Assembly (NCBI GenBank): GCA_007125955.1
Contig: SLCF01000002.1
Coordinates: 18,627-82,626, forward strand
Length of the DNA stretch: 64,000 bases
Direction of reading: 5' to 3'
Source: Bacteroidales bacterium
Lineage (GTDB): Bacteria; Bacteroidota; Bacteroidia; Bacteroidales; PUMT01
In this document: positions 51,807 to 61,318 of the stretch, one piece after another
How the letters are laid out: each line of letters opens with the position of its first letter
Numbering within the stretch: the stretch's first letter is position 1
Program-made: the position numbers and the translations under genes
Notes under the pieces: model-generated
Database searches by the model: none
The model's input: the letters and a program-made list of their open reading frames with translations, nothing else
Told to the model about the DNA's origin: nothing

Positions 51807-53243
51807 ATGTCAGATAAGCAGAAAACATTGAAAAAACCGATAACCCTTACCGGCAAGGGTTTACATACAGGAATGCAGGTTGAATTGACATTCAGGCCTG
51901 CCCCTGAAAATCATGGTTGCAAATTCAGGAGGATCGATCTGGATGGGACTCCAACAGTTAATGCAGCAGCTGAAAATGTTGCTGATACATCACGCGGTAC
52001 AACCCTCGAGGAAAACGGTGTAAGGGTTGCCACTGTAGAGCATGTTATGGCTGCCCTTTACGGACTTGGAATTGACAATGTCATTATGGAGATAAACAAG
52101 GCTGAAGCTCCGATAATTGACGGCAGCTCCAAGTTCATTATAAAAGCTATAAAGGAAGCAGGAATTATAGAACAGAAAGAAGAAAAGAGGTACTTTGAAA
52201 TAAAGGAAAAGATCAGCTATATTGACGAAAAGAAAGGAGTAGAAATAGTTGCTTTCCCTGACGACAAGCTGTCGGTTAATGTTTTGATAGACTACAACTC
52301 AAAAGTTCTGGGCAATCAGTATGCAACTCTCAACAATCTTTCGGAGTTCGAAAATGAGATCGCTTCCTGCCGCACTTTTGTGTTTTTCCATGAGCTTGAA
52401 TTCCTCTTGAAAAACAATCTCATAAAAGGAGGTGACCTCGACAATGCTATAGTAATTCTGGAAAAGGAAGTCCCGCAGGAAGAGCTTGACAGGATAGCCG
52501 ACCTGTTTAAAAAACCCCGGATACGAAGAAAACCTGAAGGGGTTCTTAACAATCTGGATCTTTATTTCAGTAACGAACCGGCACGTCATAAGCTTCTTGA
52601 CCTTATGGGCGACATTTCCCTGATAGGGCGCCCTGTAAAAGGGAAGATAGTGGCATCAAGGCCCGGACACTATGCAAATAACCAGTTTGCTTTACAGGTT
52701 AAAAAAATGATGCAGCAGGAAGAAGGAAAGATGACTGTTCCTGTATATAACCCGGAAATACCGCCGGTTTATAATGTAGGTGATATAATGGGCCTGCTCC
52801 CCCACAGGCCGCCTTTTCTCCTGGTGGACAAGATACTGGAAATAACTGATTCCAGTATTGTCGGACTGAAAAATGTCACCATGAACGAAGATTTTTTTAC
52901 CGGACACTTCCCCAGAGAGCCAATTATGCCGGGAGTGCTTCAGATAGAAGCAATGGCACAGGTTGGGGGTATCCTTGCACTGAACAGTGTACCTGACCCG
53001 GATAATTATTCGACCTATTTCCTGAAAATTGACAAAGTGAAGTTCAAACACAAGGTTGTCCCCGGCGACACCCTTCTTTTCCACCTTGAAAGTCTTGCCC
53101 CCATAAGACGTGGTATAGTGCACATGTTCGGCCAGGGGTTTGTGGGAGACAAAGTTGTGACGGAAGGGGAACTGATGGCAAGAATAGTGAAAAACAGCAA
53201 TCCTGCTGACAAGAAAAGAACAGAAAAAGACAAAAAACAATAA
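51807..53243 (+). CDS. lpxC/fabZ: Bifunctional LpxC/FabZ
   Basis: KQKTL, GLHTG, TVEH, HKLLDLMGD; FabZ LPHRPPF, GHFP, PGVLQIEAMAQ; start ATG 51807. Confidence 0.96.
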   Translation: MSDKQKTLKKPITLTGKGLHTGMQVELTFRPAPENHGCKFRRIDLDGTPTVNAAAENVADTSRGTTLEENGVRVATVEHVMAALYGLGIDNVIMEINKAEAPIIDGSSKFIIKAIKEAGIIEQKEEKRYFEIKEKISYIDEKKGVEIVAFPDDKLSVNVLIDYNSKVLGNQYATLNNLSEFENEIASCRTFVFFHELEFLLKNNLIKGGDLDNAIVILEKEVPQEELDRIADLFKKPRIRRKPEGVLNNLDLYFSNEPARHKLLDLMGDISLIGRPVKGKIVASRPGHYANNQFALQVKKMMQQEEGKMTVPVYNPEIPPVYNVGDIMGLLPHRPPFLLVDKILEITDSSIVGLKNVTMNEDFFTGHFPREPIMPGVLQIEAMAQVGGILALNSVPDPDNYSTYFLKIDKVKFKHKVVPGDTLLFHLESLAPIRRGIVHMFGQGFVGDKVVTEGELMARIVKNSNPADKKRTEKDKKQ

Positions 53244-53258
53244 ACCCATTTTGCACTC

Positions 53259-54059
53259 ATGCATAAAGAGTTAAATGTAATCCACCCCAATGCAAAAATT
53301 GGAAATAATGTAACTGTAGAACCCTTCTCAACAATAGCAGCCGATGTTGAAATCGGTGACGGCACCTGGGTGGGGCCGAACGTTACCGTAATGGATGGAG
53401 CACGCATAGGAAAAAACTGTAAAATATTTCCGGGAGCCGTTATAGCCGGAATACCGCAAGACCTTAAATTCAGGGGGGAAAAGACAACTGCAGAAATCGG
53501 AGACAATACCGTTATCCGCGAATGTGTAACAGTAAACAGGGGGACGGCATCGAGGGGAAATACCATGATAGGAAAGAACTGCCTGATCATGGCCTATGTT
53601 CATGTGGCACACGACTGCTCCATAGGCAATTATTGCATACTTGTGAACAATGTGGGACTTGCCGGTGAAGTGGTGGTAGAAGACTTTGTTATAATAGGAG
53701 GAATGTCTGCAGTTCACCAGTTTTCCAAAATAGGTACCCACTCAATGATAGGGGGGACTTCAAAGATAAGGCAGGATGTACCGCCGTACATAAAAGCTTC
53801 CAAGGATCCGCTCTCTTATGTGGGGATCAACTCCGTAGGGCTCAGAAGGAGAAATTTCTCAAACGAGATAATTTACAATATAAATGACGCCTACAGGATT
53901 ATTTACCAGCAGGGACTGAATACTTCAAATGCACTGAAAAAAGTGGAAGATACAATACCTGCTTCTCCGGAGCGGGACAAAATTATCAGCTTTATAAGCA
54001 GTTCGGAACGTGGTATTATAAGAGGGTGGACAGGTGAAAGTGATGAGGACGAACTGTAA
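53259..54059 (+). CDS. lpxA: Acyl-ACP--UDP-GlcNAc O-acyltransferase
   Basis: PQDLKF, IRECVT.NRGT, HVAHDC, VHQF, GLRRR. Confidence 0.96.
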   Translation: MHKELNVIHPNAKIGNNVTVEPFSTIAADVEIGDGTWVGPNVTVMDGARIGKNCKIFPGAVIAGIPQDLKFRGEKTTAEIGDNTVIRECVTVNRGTASRGNTMIGKNCLIMAYVHVAHDCSIGNYCILVNNVGLAGEVVVEDFVIIGGMSAVHQFSKIGTHSMIGGTSKIRQDVPPYIKASKDPLSYVGINSVGLRRRNFSNEIIYNINDAYRIIYQQGLNTSNALKKVEDTIPASPERDKIISFISSSERGIIRGWTGESDEDEL

Positions 54060-54139
54060 TATTCACGAAATTTCACAATAATTCTGAACCTTAACGCTGT
54101 CAGCCGGCCTAAAATAATATTGATATATGCATATATATT

Positions 54140-54155
54140 TAGGCATAAATTTTGT
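54140..54155 (+). promoter_or_regulatory. Putative sigma54-like element upstream of the thioredoxin-fold gene
   Basis: TAGGCATAAATTTTGT shares GGCATAAATT(A/T)TG with the groES element. Confidence 0.4.
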
Positions 54156-54275
54156 TGCTGTTTGTATAATCGTCCATTACCTGTTTTAACAAATTAACAA
54201 ACCTGTTTAGCCCAGTGTGGACAGGCAAAAAAGAGATTAACAAGGCAGCCTCTTGTTAACCAAAGAGATAGAAAA

Positions 54276-54827
54276 ATGAAAAGAATAATCCTTTTAGCAG
54301 CGACAGTAATAATAATTTCCGGCAGCCTGTTTTCACAATCTTCTGCTGAATATGTCAACTGGTATTCTTTTGAAGAAGCGGTTGAAAAGGTTTCTGAAAA
54401 CCCGAAAAAGATCTTTATAGACATATACACCGACTGGTGCGGATGGTGCAGACGAATGGACGAGGAAACTTTTTCCAATCCCGATGTAGCTGATTATCTT
54501 AATGAGCATTTCTACCCGGTAAAACTGAATGCTGAAACAACCGACACCATTGCCTTTCAGGGTCACGAATTTGTGAATGAGGGCAACGGCTCCCGGTCTG
54601 CTCACCAGCTCCCGATAGCTTTACTGCAGGGTCAAATGTCATATCCATCTGTTGCATACATGGATGAAAACCTGCAGCTTCTTACCGTTGTGCCTGGCTT
54701 TACGACTCCGGAGAATATAGAGCCTCTTTTGAGATTTTTCGGGGAAGACCATTACAAATCAATAAGCTGGGAAGAGTTCAGCAACTCTTTCAGCGGTACG
54801 TTCAACACTGAGAACGGGGAGAGATAA
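54276..54827 (+). CDS. Secreted thioredoxin-fold protein (DUF255-like)
   Basis: Signal peptide, YTDWCGWC (CxxC), MSYP cis-Pro loop. Confidence 0.85.
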   Translation: MKRIILLAATVIIISGSLFSQSSAEYVNWYSFEEAVEKVSENPKKIFIDIYTDWCGWCRRMDEETFSNPDVADYLNEHFYPVKLNAETTDTIAFQGHEFVNEGNGSRSAHQLPIALLQGQMSYPSVAYMDENLQLLTVVPGFTTPENIEPLLRFFGEDHYKSISWEEFSNSFSGTFNTENGER

Positions 54828-54918
54828 CACCCTTACCGGCAGCTTATCCCGGTCAGATAGTCATCAGCCTTTGGCAGACAATATGATATGAGCAAACTTT
54901 AAGGTTCGCTGCCCCGGC

Positions 54919-56043
54919 CTATTCAAATAAAAGGTCAGATGGCAATCTCATTATCCTGCCATATTGTCCTACCAGAACCCTCTTTTGCAAAAGTGTTATG
55001 TCTCCGTCAATCAGCCTTATGGTTGCCGCATCTGGTATCCTGTGAATAAAATAATTGCCTTGCTGGTCCTCCCCGTTTACTCCGGGAAATCTTTGAATAG
55101 AAGTGGTTTTACCCTCGGGCCTGAGTTCCAGGACTACCGGACGGCCACTCATATCACCGGGCGGTAGTATTTTACCGTTATCGGAAAGACGGAAAAGGAT
55201 AGTCCTTTCCGCCTCTTCTCCTGGTTCAACCCCTTCAGGGGTATATTCAAATACAAATGTATGCTCACGGGTGAAACCCTTGCCGGCAAACAAAGCAATA
55301 TACTCTTTTTCAAGTCTTTCATATTCATCCAGTATAGCTTCCATTGCCCTGCCATCCGGAAACAGGTCGAAATCCCCGGAGATCATCCTGAACCTGTTGC
55401 TCCTGATATCCATTATAAAATCTGCAGCCTCTTCTGCTTTTTCCCTGAGAGTCCGCGTTACAGTCACCGTTTCCAGTACGGGCACATTCACAAAGGCCGT
55501 ATCTCTCTGCTCCCTCCGCATCACCCTTCTTGTTTCTTCAACCTCATCCTTCTCCATTGACATGTCGGGGAAATAGAGCTGATGTACCTCTTCAGTTCCC
55601 CGGAAAAAATACGGGTCGTGTGAGGGAGTGTGATCTCCTGTCATGGGCAGTATAAAACCCTGTGATGTCAATCTGAAATAAGATTTAACGTGCTTTTCAT
55701 TTGTTAGGAGAAAATAATTATGATCTGGATCGGCTTCTGAATAATGCCGGATATTCACATCCGATATGTTCCAGTTCCTTGTGTCTTCCGCGGGAACATC
55801 CAAAAGTCCGAGGAACCTTTCGGCATACTGGTAATACGGACCTCTTTTAGTAACAACTTCGGCGGCTGTAATATGAAACCTCAGTGTTGTCAAGGGCAGC
55901 CAGTATGCCAGTGTAAAGCTGTCAGGTGACTCGAACTGGTCAGCATGTCCTGCATATGTTGTCCTTTCGGCAACCTTGGGCCCGGCACAGGCAGATCCAA
56001 GCAAAAACAGCATCAAAAAAAGGAAATTAACCGGTCTTCTCAT
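54919..56043 (-). CDS. DUF4831-like lipoprotein
   Basis: Lipobox GSAC; YWLP.T, GPYYQYAERFLG, KAEEAADFI..IR..R, QYG. Confidence 0.7.
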   Translation of the reverse strand: MRRPVNFLFLMLFLLGSACAGPKVAERTTYAGHADQFESPDSFTLAYWLPLTTLRFHITAAEVVTKRGPYYQYAERFLGLLDVPAEDTRNWNISDVNIRHYSEADPDHNYFLLTNEKHVKSYFRLTSQGFILPMTGDHTPSHDPYFFRGTEEVHQLYFPDMSMEKDEVEETRRVMRREQRDTAFVNVPVLETVTVTRTLREKAEEAADFIMDIRSNRFRMISGDFDLFPDGRAMEAILDEYERLEKEYIALFAGKGFTREHTFVFEYTPEGVEPGEEAERTILFRLSDNGKILPPGDMSGRPVVLELRPEGKTTSIQRFPGVNGEDQQGNYFIHRIPDAATIRLIDGDITLLQKRVLVGQYGRIMRLPSDLLFE

Positions 56044-57559
56044 GATTCATTAAATTTAATTTTTTGAAAGCCTTGCCTATATTTTCAGTAATATCGCCGG
56101 CAATAATTGATTCCGGGGAGCTTTCCCCGGCGGCTATATCACCGGACAAACCGTGAATGAAAACACCAAGCAGTGAAGCCATCTTTGGTGAATACTTCTG
56201 GGCAAGCAAAGATACAATAATTCCGGTTAAAACATCACCGCTGCCACCCGTTGCCATCCCCGGATTTCCCGATGAATTGAAATAGCATTCACCATCAGGA
56301 GATGTAACTGAAGTGAATGCCCCTTTCAACACTACATACACTCCATACTTCCTTGAAAATTCAATTTGTTTAAGATGTCTTTCATACCCTGATCCGCTCT
56401 TACCTGCCATCCTGTCAAATTCCCCCGGATGAGGCGTAAGTATGCTTCCGGAAGGAAGTTCTTCAAACCACTCTCTGTTCATGGAAAGGATGTTCAGGGC
56501 ATCGGCATCCAGTACCAAAGGTTCTCTCCAAATCTTAAGAAGTTCCCTTAATGCCTTCTGTGTCTCACCGGCAGTTCCAATACCAGGACCGGCACAGACG
56601 GCGCTGAATGTTTCCGTTCCGGGAACCCCTGAAAATACTACCGGGGAGCTGTCAATGCTTGCCATGGATTCGGGCACAGATACCTGTATTATCTCCGTTC
56701 CTTTTGAAGGTGTATGAACAGTCACCAGTCCGGCACCAGTCCTGAGGCACGCCTTTGCAGCAAGTACCGCAGCCCCCGTCTTCCCGTAGCTTCCGGATAT
56801 AACCAAACAGTGACCATAATCTCCCTTGTGAGAGAATTTCTCTCTCTTCCTCACTGCACCCCTGAAAAAACCGTGATCAAGATAATAGTAGGAGGTTTCA
56901 GCACCCTCCAGATAGGAAGGGTGCAAACCTATTGGAATAATCTCCCAACATCCGGTGTATATCCTGTTTTCACCGAAAAAAAACGACAACTTTGGTAACT
57001 GGAAAGACAGGGTATAATCAGCTTTAACGATAGAACCGGGATCATTGCTGCTGTTGTCCTCCCCGAACAATCCGGAAGGGATGTCAACCGAAATAACCGT
57101 GGCACCCGATTCATTTATTTTCCTTACCACTTCCAGAGCCTTTCCTTCAATGGGACGGGTAAGGCCGGAACCGAAAAGGGCGTCCAGAATTATTTCATTA
57201 CCGCCGGCCTCCGGTAAAGAATCCTCCTCTTTCAGCAGATTAATTTCAACACTGCCAGCCTCCTCAAGCCTTGCAAGGTTTATTGATGCATCTTCCGAAA
57301 GACCGGAGCCGGGTGAAAGCAGTAAAACCCTTACCTTATAGCCTTTTCCGGAAAGAATCCGGGCTATAGCCAGTCCGTCACCACCGTTGTTGCCCCTGCC
57401 TGCAAAAACAACAACAGGCTTTTCTGTTCCAAACTTTTTGAATATCCATTCCGAAGCGGCAAGCGATGCACGTTCCATCAGATCTATAGACTTCACCGGC
57501 TCATTCTTTATTGTAAATGCATCTGCTTCCCTGATCTGTTTTACTGTAAGAATCTTCAT
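56027..57559 (-). CDS. nnr: Bifunctional NAD(P)H-hydrate epimerase/dehydratase
   Basis: LMERAS, GNNGGDG, DIPSG, HKGDYG, DADALN, LTPHPGEF, ATGGSGDVLTG. Confidence 0.95.
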   Translation of the reverse strand: MKILTVKQIREADAFTIKNEPVKSIDLMERASLAASEWIFKKFGTEKPVVVFAGRGNNGGDGLAIARILSGKGYKVRVLLLSPGSGLSEDASINLARLEEAGSVEINLLKEEDSLPEAGGNEIILDALFGSGLTRPIEGKALEVVRKINESGATVISVDIPSGLFGEDNSSNDPGSIVKADYTLSFQLPKLSFFFGENRIYTGCWEIIPIGLHPSYLEGAETSYYYLDHGFFRGAVRKREKFSHKGDYGHCLVISGSYGKTGAAVLAAKACLRTGAGLVTVHTPSKGTEIIQVSVPESMASIDSSPVVFSGVPGTETFSAVCAGPGIGTAGETQKALRELLKIWREPLVLDADALNILSMNREWFEELPSGSILTPHPGEFDRMAGKSGSGYERHLKQIEFSRKYGVYVVLKGAFTSVTSPDGECYFNSSGNPGMATGGSGDVLTGIIVSLLAQKYSPKMASLLGVFIHGLSGDIAAGESSPESIIAGDITENIGKAFKKLNLMNHEKTG

Positions 57560-57870
57560 AACAAATAATATATTTCAATAATCGTGCATATTTACCGAGA
57601 TGAACGGCGGCCGGGATTCCAAATTAAAGGTTCAGCAGGTAAGAAACCGAAAACAGTGCTGCCTGTAACAATGCCACCCTGAGACCACATAAACAAAAGT
57701 ATTAATTTATTGAATTAATTGTTTAGTTTTTCAATATGTATTATACTTGCTGTTGTTTTTTCAAAATATCAAAAAGTTTGCAGTAATGTATGCAACCAGC
57801 TGACTTTCGGGCGGTTTTTAAAAGCTGCACTGTTTTTGTTAAATTATAATTTCATAATTTCCCGCAAAAT

Positions 57871-59427
57871 ATGTCAGAAAATAACAATAAAAGCATAGTT
57901 GAAAAAATCCTCGGGGGAATTGAGAAAGTGGGTAACAAACTCCCCCACCCCGCAACTCTTTTTGCACTTTTTGCATTTGCTACAATAATCCTTTCCGGAA
58001 TAGTAAGTGCATTCAATATATCGGTAATTCACCCCGGCACACAGGAAACCGTTGAGCCGGTCAGCCTCCTTTCCCTTGAAGGCCTGCACATGATCCTCAG
58101 GAACATGGTCGATAATTTTACCGGTTTTGCCCCCCTGGGAACGGTGCTGGTTTCACTGCTGGGTATAGGCATAATGGAATCGAGCGGACTTATGTCAACT
58201 GGTCTCCGTCTGCTGGTTACTTCTGCGCCCGAAAAAATGCTCACTTTTGCAATCGTTTTTGCAGGAATTCTTTCCAATGCAGCAAGCGAGGTGGGTTATG
58301 TCGTTCTTGTACCTCTTGGTGCTATGATCTTTCTTGCCGTGGGGCGGCACCCCATTGCCGGCCTTGCCGCAGCTTTTGCGGGAGTGTCAGGGGGATACAG
58401 CGCCAACCTGATCCTTGGCACTATCGACCCTCTGCTGGCCGGACTCTCTGAAGAGGCGGCAAACATAATTGATCCTTCTTATGAGGTAAACCCCACTGCC
58501 AATTATTATTTCATGTTTGTTTCCACATTCATTATTGCAGCTGCGGGAACATGGATGACTGAAAAGATTGTGGTTCCGCGCCTGGGTGAATACAAGGGAG
58601 AAGCAAAGGCGGAAAAGATTGAGAGACTGACCCCCGATGAAAAGAGGGGGATAAAATATACGTTTTACACTTTTATCGTTCTTGTCATTACTCTTCTTTG
58701 GTCAACAGTGCCAATTGAAGGGGGTATATGGAGTTCAATTCCCGGCACCGGCTTCCTGCGTGATCCGGAAACCGGAGACTTGCTGCGTTCACCTTTCATG
58801 TCGGGTATTGTGGCAATGATCTTTCTTATTGCCGGGATACTGGGTATTGCATACGGAATAGGTGCCAGGACATTGAGGAGCAATGAAGATGTGATCAAGG
58901 GCATGGGTAAATCGATGTCAACTATGGGCACCTATATTGTACTTGTCTTTTTTGCTGCCCAGTTTGTGGCATATTTCAACTGGACTAACCTGGGACTGAT
59001 CTTTGCAATACAGGGTGCCGAATTCATAGGTTCAGTGGGAATGGGACGGATCCCGCTAATGATAAGTCTAGTGCTCATAGCTTCAGTAATAAACCTGATG
59101 ATAGGAAGTGCATCGGCAAAATGGGCTATCATGGCACCGGTCTTCATACCGATGTTCATGCTGCTGGGGTACTCCCCGGAGTTTACACAGCTTGCATACA
59201 GGGTTGGTGACAGTGTGACCAACATCATTGCTCCCATGATGTCGTATTTTGCCCTCATTGTCGCCTTCATGGAAAAATACGAGCCAAAAGCAGGCATAGG
59301 AACCGTCATTGCCACCATGCTCCCCTATTCATTTGCATTTCTTATTGTATGGCTGACAATGCTTATAATCTGGATACTGCTTGGAATACCTATCGGGCCC
59401 GGAGCAGAATTGTTTTATACTATCTGA
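57871..59427 (+). CDS. AbgT-family transporter (copy 2)
   Basis: [35 protein letters not shown]. Confidence 0.92.
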   Translation: MSENNNKSIVEKILGGIEKVGNKLPHPATLFALFAFATIILSGIVSAFNISVIHPGTQETVEPVSLLSLEGLHMILRNMVDNFTGFAPLGTVLVSLLGIGIMESSGLMSTGLRLLVTSAPEKMLTFAIVFAGILSNAASEVGYVVLVPLGAMIFLAVGRHPIAGLAAAFAGVSGGYSANLILGTIDPLLAGLSEEAANIIDPSYEVNPTANYYFMFVSTFIIAAAGTWMTEKIVVPRLGEYKGEAKAEKIERLTPDEKRGIKYTFYTFIVLVITLLWSTVPIEGGIWSSIPGTGFLRDPETGDLLRSPFMSGIVAMIFLIAGILGIAYGIGARTLRSNEDVIKGMGKSMSTMGTYIVLVFFAAQFVAYFNWTNLGLIFAIQGAEFIGSVGMGRIPLMISLVLIASVINLMIGSASAKWAIMAPVFIPMFMLLGYSPEFTQLAYRVGDSVTNIIAPMMSYFALIVAFMEKYEPKAGIGTVIATMLPYSFAFLIVWLTMLIIWILLGIPIGPGAELFYTI

Positions 59428-59454
59428 AAAACTTAATAACTTAAATTGTAAAGT

Positions 59455-60966
59455 ATGATATTTTTATTTGTTGTTATCGGCTACCTGGTTGTTCTTATGT
59501 CCATTTCCGTCTGGAAAAGCTTTATCGTTAAAGGCCAGGACGACTTCATGGTTGCCGGCCGTTCAGTCTCAACCCCGCGCCTTGTGGGAACGCTGCTTTG
59601 CACCTGGATGGGTTCAGGAAGCCTTCTGGCGGGTGCCGGACTTGCAGCCAGAGTAGGCTTTTCAGAACTCTGGATGGCTGCAGGCGCCTGGATCGGTATC
59701 ATCATTGTCTTCTTCCTTGCTGCAAGGGTCAGAAGGATAGCAGAGTATACCGTCCCCGACATTCTGGAGCTGCGCTACAACAAGTGGGCAAGGATCCTCG
59801 GCACAATAGTAATCGTTATAGCTTACACAACAATTGTGGGATACCAGTTCCGCGCCGGGGGGTTCATACTTGACCTTGTTGCCGGGGTGCCCGAATGGCA
59901 GGGGGTTCTGCTTACCGCCGGGTTCATTGTGATATTCACCGCATTTGCAGGAATGATGTCAATTGTTTCAGTTGATATAATTAACGGGGCTGTAATAACA
60001 GTAGCAGTGCTTATAGCGGTTCCCCTGGTATATACCACTATCGGAGGAGCAGAGCATCTTACCGCAACCCTTGATCCGTCTCATTTTCAAATTTTCGGAG
60101 ACCACAATTTCTTCTGGGCAATGGGTATATTCTTGCCTACTTTCTTCCTGCTTTTGGGAGAATCAAATATGTACCAGAAATTTTTCTCTGCCAGGAATGA
60201 GAAATCCGCAAAGTCGGCTGTGCTCTTCTGGGTGGTAGGTACTATAATAGTTGAGACTGCACTTGCTTCGCTGGCAATTTTTGCTTTCAGCCATTTCAAC
60301 GCCCTTGACGCCATGTCGGAGTTCTTCCTTTCAGAAGGCGACTCGGAAAGGATCATACTCCATACAGCACGTTACAGTTCTGAGGTAGGTGTGCCTTTAT
60401 GGGGAGGACTTCTGCTCATTTGTGCTTCAGTTGCAATTATAACCTCTACCGGTAACAGTTTCCTTCTGACACCATCTACCAATCTTACAAGGGATATTTA
60501 CCAGAGGTTTGTCAACCCCGAGGCTAAAGGAAAATTCATTGTAGCTTTCCAGCGTTCAATGGTTGTACTGCTCGGACTACTGGCTTACCTGGTTCTTACA
60601 CAGTTTGAGACAATACTCGCAATGGCGCTGACCGCATACACTATGGTGGGGGCAGGACTTACCCCGGCGCTGCTTGCCGCTTTCCTCTGGAAAAGGGTGA
60701 CGGTTCAGGGCGGAGTGGCTTCAATCGCAACCGGAATGGGAATAACAGTGCTGATAACTATTATAAACTCCATCATGACTTCGCTCTCCGGAAGTCCGCT
60801 GCTCGTGGAAGAATACATTATACTTCCGGCTGCCAGCGCCTCAATACTGGTGCTTATAATAGTATCGCTGAGTACTCCACGCGATCCGAAGGAAAAATGG
60901 GAAAGATTTTACACAAAAGACACCTCTTTAGCTGAAGCTATGAAAGAGGTGAAATCAGAAAATTAA
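59455..60966 (+). CDS. Sodium:solute symporter (SSS) family protein
   Basis: DFMVAGR, TVPDILELRY, MYQKFFSAR, STNLTRDIY, WKRVT..G; polytopic. Confidence 0.9.
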   Translation: MIFLFVVIGYLVVLMSISVWKSFIVKGQDDFMVAGRSVSTPRLVGTLLCTWMGSGSLLAGAGLAARVGFSELWMAAGAWIGIIIVFFLAARVRRIAEYTVPDILELRYNKWARILGTIVIVIAYTTIVGYQFRAGGFILDLVAGVPEWQGVLLTAGFIVIFTAFAGMMSIVSVDIINGAVITVAVLIAVPLVYTTIGGAEHLTATLDPSHFQIFGDHNFFWAMGIFLPTFFLLLGESNMYQKFFSARNEKSAKSAVLFWVVGTIIVETALASLAIFAFSHFNALDAMSEFFLSEGDSERIILHTARYSSEVGVPLWGGLLLICASVAIITSTGNSFLLTPSTNLTRDIYQRFVNPEAKGKFIVAFQRSMVVLLGLLAYLVLTQFETILAMALTAYTMVGAGLTPALLAAFLWKRVTVQGGVASIATGMGITVLITIINSIMTSLSGSPLLVEEYIILPAASASILVLIIVSLSTPRDPKEKWERFYTKDTSLAEAMKEVKSEN

Positions 60967-60997
60967 GCTTTTAACCTAATATAAACCACAGTGTCAG

Positions 60998-61032
60998 AAC
61001 GTCCCGCTGAATTCTCCGGCGGGACGTTTTTT
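60998..61032 (+). terminator. Intrinsic terminator after the SSS gene
   Basis: AACGTCCCGCTG-aattctc-CGGCGGGACGTT then TTTT. Confidence 0.8.
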
Positions 61033-61241
61033 CATTCCCCCTCATCACGGATCTCCTTCATAATATTCTCTACCTCTTCTTCAGTTTTATAGAGTTTTTC
61101 GCGGCAGATCTTCAGCAGCGAATAAGCTCTTTTTACCTTTTCTGCCAGATGGTCAACATCCGTCTCCTCATTCTCAATCTCTTTAAGGATCAGTTCAATT
61201 TCCCCGACAGCTTCTTTGTAGGTGGTAATCTTTTTGGTCAT
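61032..61241 (-). CDS. xseB: Exodeoxyribonuclease VII small subunit
   Basis: TYKEAVGEIELIL..IE...DVD.L..KVKRA..LLK.C...L. Confidence 0.85.
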   Translation of the reverse strand: MTKKITTYKEAVGEIELILKEIENEETDVDHLAEKVKRAYSLLKICREKLYKTEEEVENIMKEIRDEGE

Positions 61242-61318
61242 CTCTCATTTTGGGTTTTAAAATTTCTTTATGCAAAGATAGCAGAACACCGGTTTTTATA
61301 ATCAAGCAAACCGGCATG

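Noticed and set aside
51807-53243. LpxC-FabZ fusion as a novelty
   Set aside because: It is a well-known feature of Bacteroidota.
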